From positions 122,016,001 through 122,080,000 of the forward strand of contig OZ024742.1 in NCBI GenBank assembly GCA_964016885.1: a stretch of DNA of 64,000 bases. The letters run 5' to 3'. The position numbers and the translations under genes were made by a program. Below, piece after piece: positions 54,847 to 64,000 of this stretch. Origin of the DNA: Eledone cirrhosa. Taxonomy: Eukaryota. Every line of letters starts with the position of its first letter. The stretch's first letter is position 1. The notes under the pieces were generated by a model. It worked only from the letters and a program-made list of their open reading frames with translations, did not search any database and was not told the origin of the DNA.

Positions 54847-57085
54847 AATGCGGGAAAGATTGTTAAAGGGAGAACGGAATGATTTCTATCAAGGAGAGAG
54901 ATACTATCTATGGATTTGTGTTAATTTCCAACCCTCTCAAAATAGAAAGAACACACCAGACAGTATATTTCTGGATACAAACACACCACTTCTCATAATT
55001 CTGCATTATTAGAACATGGCTGTCACTAAACAACAACAGAGACAACAAAATTCCTTATAATTCATCTTTCAATAATATTAGTTGAAATACTCACATGTTT
55101 GACATTAACTTGCCTTTCATCGCGCATTCAAGCCTCTAGAATTCACTCTCGGAAAAAAGTATACATTTTTGCATATATAGTAATTTTCATTTAACGGTTG
55201 CTGAGCTAGAAGTAATCTCCTTGGTAGCTGATATTTAAATTTCTGTCACTTCAGGAGGAAGTAATTTCAATTAACTTCCATTTAAAATCCCTTCGTCTAA
55301 AACATAAACATATTGTGGTTAGTAAGAAGAAAACCAATATTTATTCATGTCCCGCGACAAGGCCATATTAAATATATCTAGTTTGTTTCAATATTAATTC
55401 TTTACTGGGATTAATTCAATTACCCCCCGCCCCCCTTTCTTCATCCTGTTTAAAAAGCAATATTTACCCAGCGACTTTTGTAATAATTTATATATTGGAT
55501 TTCTTATTTTTCATATAATAATTAAACAATGATGGATACATTTTCGAATATTGGTAGAGTTGAAACGAACACATTAAATATTCTGTTATTGAAATATTGT
55601 CAGAAAGATACAAGAGAAACTCTTTAGCGTTTATCTTCCTTGTTAAAATAAAGTATTCTGGTTCAGAGCCATTTTGAATTAATATGATGTTTATGTCTTC
55701 TCTTAACAATATGTTTTCTCAAATTCATTGTATTCTTGATATCACTTGCAACCACCAGACCCCTAATAAAAGTATATTTATACACAAAGCATATTGTCTT
55801 GCATGAATATATCACCGTGTTTCAGAATTGATATAAATCATATAATTTCTATGCATAGTCATGGAATGTCGGAACCCCTCTTTCAAATATATACACATAT
55901 ACGTGTTGCTTTCAACTGTCAATATTCAATAAATAATTTGTAATGTAAGCGGCATTGTAAAGCAATTAATTTTCAATGTGATGAAATCGACGCTCCATTA
56001 TCAATGTTTGATAGAATATTTAGACGCATCACCGTTTTATATGATTAAAATATTATAAAGTGAATTCTTCGGATTTACATATTAATTATATTTTACACTG
56101 TTTGCAACATGTCTCTATTTTAGAAGTTATTCTATGATTCATATTTTTCGTTGTATATTATATTGACTTATTTTCATTATTGATATAAATATTAACGTAT
56201 TACTCAGGTTGTTTTTGTCTAACCGAAAGTATGCTCTGAAAGATCATTCTAAACGTGATTATTCAGATTTCATTCTCTGCAGTTTATTATTATTACTTTA
56301 TCGAAAATATACTTATACTTTTAAAATTCTTTTTTAATATCCGCTTTTCTTTTCCTCCTCCAATAGTCAATACAATAAAGGACAACCCAGCAACTGACGC
56401 CGATATTTATCACACCTGGCTCAATCTTTGCATTCCATTTTCAGTGACAAATGAGTCTAAAATGTCCTTATATTATATATCTCTTTATCTTCATACCTTA
56501 GAATTGTTATGTAAAAAATGTTCAATGGAAATTAACAGACGTAATTGCAAGAAATATACCTCAAATTAAAGCCATCTATAATGATGTGTTGCTCATTATT
56601 TCTACTTTAGTAAGAGGATAAATATAGTCACTTGAATCAACCTCAGCTATGTGCTTACTATTTGTTTATGGATCCTAGCGTTATGAAATTTAAAGTCAAT
56701 CTTTTGATCTGAACCTAAAAATAATGACAAATTTTCACACAACATGATACAATCGCCCAATTGTTCACTTGTATCAACTGTAAATATTTCCAAGTCACTG
56801 TCAAGATTTTATGACTTACTTCATTACTTTAGTTTTATAGTGCGAAAAGGGATAACCGATTGATTGTCTCGTAAAAAGTAATTGTAACTGTTATTCCGTT
56901 TAACACCAGTTCAGCTCCAATCAAGTGACCAAAGAAATAGTTGTTTATAAACGTAGATTTGTTACTTAACCCCACTTCAGACCTGACCGAGTGATCAAAG
57001 GTATAATTGTTTATTAACGGTGAGTTTTATGTAACTCACTTCAGCCCAGATCGAATGAACAAAGAAACATTTATATTTATTTATT

Positions 57086-57120
<35 letters not shown>

Positions 57121-57121
<1 letters not shown>

Positions 57122-60100
57122 GTTCCTTGAATCTCAGTCATTGATGTTGGTTAACTGGAAAGTCCGTTGGAATGAATATCAAGCCACTACCTGCAGCCTC
57201 AGATATTCAGGACGTATCGGAGGGTTCTTGCTGTTCCCAGCAAGAACCCTCCGATGCCTTTTGAAGCGTTCCAAAAAGCGTGAAGGGGCCGATTTTCTTT
57301 AACCATCCCTGGAAACTTTTGGAGATAGTCCCCAGTGCGCCTATGACAATCGGGATCACTTTGACTTCATGGCAGTTCCAAATCCTTTTTACCTCCCACT
57401 TTAAGTCCTGGTATCGGTTAATTTTCTCTCTCTCCTTCTCTTGCACTCTCGTGTCGAATGGGCAGGCCACATCCACAATCAGACACGATCTTTTTTCTTT
57501 GTCCACAACCACCAGGTCAGGTCTATTGTGTTCCAGTTTCTTGTCCTTCTGTATCCTAAAATCCCACAGCACCTTCACCTGATCGTTCTCCATCACCGCC
57601 TCTGGCCTATGCTCATACCATTTCTCAGAATGTGGTAAATTGTTTACTTTGCACAGGTGCCAGTGGATCACCCTTCCCATGACATCATGTCTCCAGCCTT
57701 TATAGTGGGTCTGGGCTAGGTGTTTACACTCGGATACAATGTGAGCCACAGTCTCCTCTCTCTCTCTCCACAGATCCTGCACAGTGGGCTAGCCTCCTCC
57801 TTGTAAATATGGTGTTTCAACCACTTCGTTTTGAGGGCCTCCTCCTGCGCAGCCATTAACATTCCTTCTGTAGCCTTTTTGAGGCCTCCTCTTCTCAACC
57901 AGTTCCATGTCTGTGGATCTCTAAATTCAGTTTTCTCAAAGAAGGTACTATGAAGGGATTTTCCCTGAAGGCTGCTCTTTCTCCTTGATGTTATTTCCTC
58001 CTTGGACATCTCCTGGCCTACTTCCCCTCCTTCAGTACAGTTCTGAGCATTGGCTCCTTACTATCAGTCACGTATTTGTATAGGTTGTTTTTCTCCATCT
58101 GAAAACAGTCCTCTCTGCTGATAAGACCTCTTCCACCCTCAGATCTCCTTAGGTAGAGTTTATCGACATCACTCCTCTTGTGGAACATGTTGTAGATAGT
58201 CAAGAGCTTCCTAGTCTTCCTATCCATTTCTTTTTGTTCAGCAACATTCCATCTCAGAATTCCCGCACTGTACCTAATAATAGATTGATGGTAAGCTCTC
58301 CCTTTCCCAACTTGTATCCTGCTCTCACTTTTCGCAGCATAATGGTCAAGGGCATCAGGGCAAGGACAAACAACAGAGGGGACAGGCTATCTCCCTGGAA
58401 GATACCTCTCTTGATCTTCACGCTTCCCAAGGATTCTCCAGTTGATGTCAACTCTGTTTCCCAGGACCCCATACTCCTGCCCAGCAACTGTCTGATGTTA
58501 TCTGCCACCTTGAAGATCTCCAGGCTTTTGGTGATCCAAGAATGAGGCACCATGTCAAATGCCTTTCTGTAGTCTATCCATCCCATGGCAAGATCAGTGT
58601 GTCTCCTCCTGCAATTCCCCATTACCATCTTATCAATAAGTAACTGGTCCTTTGTACCACGTGCATTCTTTCGGCATCCTTTCTGTTCATCCGGTAACAA
58701 GTTGTTTGTGTGGAGGTGATGGTAGATTTCCTCAGACACAATGCTCGTCAACAGTTTCCACATTACGGACAGATATGTGATAGGTCTATAGTTGGTAACA
58801 TCATTACCCTTGATTCGGTCTTTCATTATCAGAACTGTGGTACCTTTTGTCAACCACTAAGGCACCTCACCCGACACCAAGCAGTCATTGAACATGGCCG
58901 TCAGTTTCGGGTGGAGGGATGTTACATTTTTAATCCAATACCCCTGCACACCATCTGGGCCTGGTGATTTCCAGTTGGTTAGTTTTTTGGCCTGCCCCTT
59001 AAGAGTTTCAACTGTGATACTCAAATCAGTTTGTTGGTGTGCCTGCTCACCGATCTCCCTCTGTACTGTCTCAATCCACCCTGCCTTGTCATTATGTCTA
59101 ACATCCTGCTCCCATATTCCTCTCCAGAATGTTTTAGTTTGTTCCGCCTCAGGGATCAAGTCGTTGCCTCTTTCTTTCCCCTCAAGCTGTCCAAAACAGC
59201 ATCTTTTGGTTGTTGTCGAACATGCGGTTCTGTTTATACTGACTGATTCTGTTCTCGTATCGCCTGATTTTTGCACTCTTTGCTACAATGCGTTGCTTCA
59301 GTTCCTCTATGATAATATTTAGCTTTTTCCTCCTAGTTTTGTACTTTATTTCCAGTCTATTTTTAGTGCCTATGTTTTTTAGTGTCCCATTCTGTAGTGA
59401 CTCAAGCTTTCCTATGTCATTTCTCATTTCCTTGATTTGACCACTCAGTCGTTTCTTCCACCATGGCTCTGCTCTTTCTTGTCTGTTGTTTCCTCTCGCT
59501 TTTATACCAAGTAGTTTCCTCACCGTATTTGCTGTTGCTTTGAGGATATTGTTGCACTGGTGAAGGCTCCTCGCCTCAAGGTATGGGATGACTTTGTTTA
59601 CCTTAGCTGTTGTTTCTTTTAACTTTTTCCTGTCTACAAATCTTAGGTTCATAGGTCTCCCATTATCATTGTTCAATTCATCTACCACTAAATTTAGGAT
59701 GTCAACCGAATCTTGTCCTAGCCCGTCAGCATTCATCTCCTCAGTGGCCATATCTCTGTTCCAGGTATTATTTATCTCAGTATTCAGATCATTGTCTGCT
59801 TCGGGTGGTTCCTCCGTTCTCTCGACCTCTTCACCTTCATTTCCCACTGGCTCGTTTGTCTGGCATACTACACCCTCCATCTCCAAGCTATTCTCTCTGC
59901 TCAGTTCCTCCAGTTCCAGCTCGCTTATCCACCCATTAGTTCTTATTACCCGAGCCTTCCCGGCCAATTTTTGTTCATCTAATTTACATAGACCAATCTC
60001 GTTCCAGATGTTATGCATCCGTCTCCTATAGCCCCTCTCCTTGGGGTTACTTTTCAGGTAACATTGCATAACAGTTCTATTCAATTCTTTCGTCCAGTTG

Positions 60101-60365
60101 GTTCTGGCCCCTTTCCTTCTTCTTCTTCCTCTAACACCAGCAGTATTTGGTTGACAGTCAGGTTCCTGCTGCTGAGCCAGGGAGCACCTGTTGGGTGAGA
60201 GTCTGTCACATGACGTTCTAGTCTCCATTTCACCGTTATTCGAACTGTTTAGGTTCGATATTTAAACATTCTTGTCGAGGATTGGCGAATGTATGGTTAC
60301 ATAGCCATCTGTGGATTCACCGTCTCCGGTGGTTGCGCCGCTCCACTTGGCACTTGTGTGGCATT
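57121..60365 (-). mobile_element. R4/Dong-clade retrotransposon, family 2, apparently retaining its 5' end, with the RT catalytic region deleted
   Basis: N-terminal WTKELN..MQCY..GYRRRM..W domain, WKSPGPDG, YRPIT, DYRKAFD, GIFQGDSLSP, CRIC..HIVSEC and RPDLVV..VDVACP. The 3' end lies in (TAA)n at ~57095-57121. Confidence 0.92.
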
Positions 60366-60734
60366 ATCACCACGCTGTAGACGAACACATATAAACAAAC
60401 AAACACACAGGCAGAAAAAAACCCAAAATGAATAAGCATAAGTTTCATTGTAATGTAGTGTTCGAATGTCTGACTTAGTTTTTCCCTTCTCTTCTCTGTC
60501 CGCCCGCTTGTTTCTCTCTTCATTCTTATTTTCTTTACGTTTTTTGGGGGTTTTTTTGTTTTTGTTTTTCTCTGTTTGTTTTTCTCGTTTTTTACTGTTG
60601 TTGCTGTGCTGCTTTAGTTTTGATGTTTGTTTTTTCTTTTTTCTTTTGAGTCTATCTATATATTTTGATGCCTTCCTCTTTTTTAGTAGGAATTCTATAA
60701 TGTGGTGGCAGCAACTAATAGGAAGCAATGGGAG

Positions 60735-60940
60735 ACAGTAGCGGCGGTAGCGATACTGAGACAGTGGTGGTGGTGATGTCGATACCGAGGCAGTGGTGGT
60801 GGTGATGTGATCGTATTACTGTAGTGATGGTGTTGTAGCGGTGGTAGCAATGAAGGAGTGATGGCGGCGGTGATGGGATAGTGGTAGTAATGATGGCAGT
60901 AGTGATGGTGTTGTAGCGGTGGTAGCAATGAAGGACTGAT
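60735..60940. repeat. GGT/GAT-rich low-complexity tract with an internal ~40-bp duplication
   Basis: Read directly. Confidence 0.8.
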
Positions 60941-61476
60941 GTCCGTTCGGTGAATCTATGGGGTTAGTCGCGTATATGTGTTGACCTAAATTCCCTTAAT
61001 GTTGGGATTAAACAGTTTGTTAAGACTTGGGACAATAATAATAGTATTTATTATTATCCTTATTATGTTGAGATTGGTTGTGGTGGTGGTGAAATTGCCG
61101 TTATCTGGCTGTTGTGTTTATTGTACACAGAGAGGTGATGGGGTAGGTGGTGTATCTAGTTTCTGGTGTTGGTGAGATTGGTGTTGTTTGGCTGTTCTAT
61201 ATAGTGTAGACAGAGGAGGGGGGGGGGGTGTTCTTCTTCCATTTATAGCCATTTTCTTTTTTGAATATACAATGTACAATACAAAGTTGAATATTTGAAT
61301 ATTTGAGCCTTATAACAATATATTTTGGGTCCGAATTTTTTTGGGGCTCAAGCCGGATGCTTTACGTAGCATTTGAACTAAGAGTTGTTATTTCACAAAT
61401 GATTTAAATATTTAAAAAATTCAAAACTTACGGGAGCGATGCCATGACCTTCTACCACCTCGTGCGTCTTCTTCCC

Positions 61477-61510
<34 letters not shown>

Positions 61511-61512
<2 letters not shown>

Positions 61513-64000
61513 AGTTGCATTTATCTTGCTTTATGTTCATACGAGTTATCACCAAGTCACAACCAGTGACCTCAAGAGACAGCAAGGTCCGCCATGTTCA
61601 AGAAAGAACATACATATTCACACATGCATCTTTAGTGTTTAGACTTGTGATGTACTTATATTGACAGAATCTTCCTTAGTATATGGGCAGTTCCCATTAG
61701 TACTATCTTTTGTATTTCTCCTATACGCGGGTTTCCTGGGATTTGCGATAAGTAATCATTAGCCCCCTTAGGTATCATTCCCAGAGCGCCTACAACCACT
61801 GGTATTGTTTTAGTTCTCAATTTCCACATTTTTCCAATTTCTATCTCCAGGTCCTTATACTTGCTCAATTTTTCAAATGTTTTTATAGATACATTCTTGT
61901 CTATTGGAACAGACATATCAATTAGCAGGCATACCCTCTTTTGAAAGTCTTTCAATATTATATCAGGTCTGTTTGCATCTATTTTTCGGTCTGTTTGGAT
62001 GCTAAAGTTCCACAAGATTGAGATGTGATCTTTTTCAAGTATGGGAGGTGGTTGATGCTCCCACCAATTCTTTTGATGAGGCAGGTCAAAATGCTTACAC
62101 ATTATCCAATGTATGTATTGTGCAGCTCTGTCATGCCTGTTTAGGTATTCGGTTGGAGCTATAGGACTGCACATTGAAATTATATGGTCAATGGTCTCTG
62201 GTTGCTTTTTGCATACACGGCATAATGGGCTGCACCCATTTTTTATTATGTTGGCTTGGTAATTTTTTGTTGGCAGACACTGATCCTGTGCCGATATAAT
62301 CAGTCCTTCAGTCTCCGATTTCAGTCCAGAGGATGCCAACCACTGATGGGTTAAAGTTTTGTCAACATCAGGATTGTTAGCTCGCTCTGGGTATTTTCCA
62401 TACAGAGGCTTTTCTTGCCATTTCTTAGCCAGTTTCTGTAGCAGTTCTTTCTTTGCAGTTACTTTTACCTGCTTTGCTTTTTCTGTGTTTTCCATTTCAG
62501 TAGTAAATGGGACTTCCGAAATTTGTAGTCCATTACTGTATCTTTGTGCATCTTTTGTAATGGAATATGATCTTTTGATGCTTTCGTGTTTCAAAACGAG
62601 TTTGATCATCCAATCATGTGATTCCCTTAGATATGTAGATAATCCAATTGTTGCAGTTTTCAACGCAATGTCTAACTGGATTAACCCACGTCCTCCTTCT
62701 TTCCTAGGGAGATATATTCTATCTATATCTGCCTTAGGGTGATGCATTCTGTGCATGGTTAAGAATTTTCGAATTTTTGTATCGAGCCTACGGATCTCTG
62801 TGCTTGACCAGTTGATGACATTGTAACTGTAGGTTACTACTGGTATGGCAAGCGTGTTTATGGCATCGATCCTATTCCTTGCATTCAATTCCGTTCTTAA
62901 GATTGCTCTTACTCTGCGGTAACATTCCTTCCTTATCCTTTCCCTCATTGTCGAGTGCTTGATTCCGTCTCCTTCACAAACACCTAGATATTTGTGCGTT
63001 TTTTCTTGATCAAGTTCTCTTATCACGTTTCCCCGATCAAGATTAATGTCTGAACTCTTCAGCAGCTTTCCTCTGGTGAACGTTGCTTTGGCGCATTTAT
63101 CTAGTCCAAACTCCATTTTAATGTCATCACTGAACTGCACCACAGTTGATAATAGCCCTTGCAATTGTTCATCATTTTTTGCAAATAGTTTCAGGTCATC
63201 CATGTAGAACAAGTGATTAATGGTTTTGTCATAGACTTTATATCCATGTTTTGTTTCATTGAGCATTTTACTTAATGGTATAAGTGCGATGCAGAATAAA
63301 AGCGGTGATAAAGAGTCACCCTGAAAAATTCCACAATTAATATTAACTTCTCCAGCTTCCAGTGATTTTGTTTCACTATTCAAAAGGAGTGTCGTTTTCC
63401 ATGTCTTCATACTGAATGACAAAAACCTCCTGACAACGGGGGATATTTTGAAAATCTCTAAACATTTTTCAATCCAACTGTCGAATGCTTTTTTATAATC
63501 TATCGAAGCAATCGATAGATTTTTGTGTCTATTATGACAATCTTCCAGTATCATTTTGTTAATGACAATCTTCCAGTATCATTTTGTTAACCAGAAGCTG
63601 ATCCTTACAGCCAAATGAGCCTCGTTTACACCCTTTCTGCTCAATGGGAAATAGGTCATTTGTTATCAGGTGGTCATATGTGTATTCAGTTAGGACTGAT
63701 GTTAAAATGTTATACATTGTGGTCAAGCAAGTTATCTGTCTGTCATTTTTGGGATTGCTTGTCTCATCATTCTTCGGAAGCAGGAATGTAATGCCGTTAA
63801 CTAGCCATGAAGGTATCTTTTCTGGCTTCTTAACTATTTCATTGTAAAGTTGGGCTAACAGCTCATGAGACTCTGTGAAGGCATTTATCCAAAAGTTTTG
63901 TATTTTGTCTTTTCCTGGGGATTTCCATTTGCTGGTTTTTCTTAGAGCCCAGCGCAACTGTTCAACTGTTATATTTTCCCATGTTTGTTCCTCAAGGTGA
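61511..64000 (-). mobile_element. R4/Dong-clade retrotransposon, family 1, second copy running off the right edge of the window
   Basis: Highly similar to 1-2947, including the 3' UTR. Ends in (TAA)n at 61477-61511. Confidence 0.95.
61656..63554 (-). CDS. Reverse transcriptase, CCHC finger and REL endonuclease (C-terminal 632 aa)
   Basis: GIFQGDSLSP, YMDD, CRVC..HIISMC, RHD and PD..D..K motifs. Separated from the upstream ORF by a 28-bp duplication. Confidence 0.88.
   Translation of the reverse strand: MILEDCHNRHKNLSIASIDYKKAFDSWIEKCLEIFKISPVVRRFLSFSMKTWKTTLLLNSETKSLEAGEVNINCGIFQGDSLSPLLFCIALIPLSKMLNETKHGYKVYDKTINHLFYMDDLKLFAKNDEQLQGLLSTVVQFSDDIKMEFGLDKCAKATFTRGKLLKSSDINLDRGNVIRELDQEKTHKYLGVCEGDGIKHSTMRERIRKECYRRVRAILRTELNARNRIDAINTLAIPVVTYSYNVINWSSTEIRRLDTKIRKFLTMHRMHHPKADIDRIYLPRKEGGRGLIQLDIALKTATIGLSTYLRESHDWMIKLVLKHESIKRSYSITKDAQRYSNGLQISEVPFTTEMENTEKAKQVKVTAKKELLQKLAKKWQEKPLYGKYPERANNPDVDKTLTHQWLASSGLKSETEGLIISAQDQCLPTKNYQANIIKNGCSPLCRVCKKQPETIDHIISMCSPIAPTEYLNRHDRAAQYIHWIMCKHFDLPHQKNWWEHQPPPILEKDHISILWNFSIQTDRKIDANRPDIILKDFQKRVCLLIDMSVPIDKNVSIKTFEKLSKYKDLEIEIGKMWKLRTKTIPVVVGALGMIPKGANDYLSQIPGNPRIGEIQKIVLMGTAHILRKILSI

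Overview
AT-rich, microsatellite-dense eukaryotic DNA made mostly of repeats. The SINE types and (TA)n load suggest an octopus/cephalopod genome (inference). I find no supportable host gene. The window holds three R4/Dong-type non-LTR retrotransposons (RT plus restriction-like endonuclease, 3' ends in (TAA)n) and four coding Penelope-like elements (PLEs), one of them a young 6.3-kb near-perfect palindrome. It also holds tRNA-derived SINEs and a CR1-like RT fragment. The main result is a layer the ORF track does not show: the short sequences between the (TA)n tracts are mostly termini of many different PLE-type families. By eye I find about 20 type I hammerhead ribozyme (HHR) motifs from about 9 families, plus several decayed ones. 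These insertions repeatedly form asymmetric inverted repeats. One arm carries a 3' tail with a shared TYGAG motif, and the other arm stops just after the ribozyme and usually supplies the spacer. One ORF-less family forms a head-to-tail HHR array with a 499-nt period, resembling a retrozyme. All alignments and folds were done by eye, and element boundaries are approximate unless stated.
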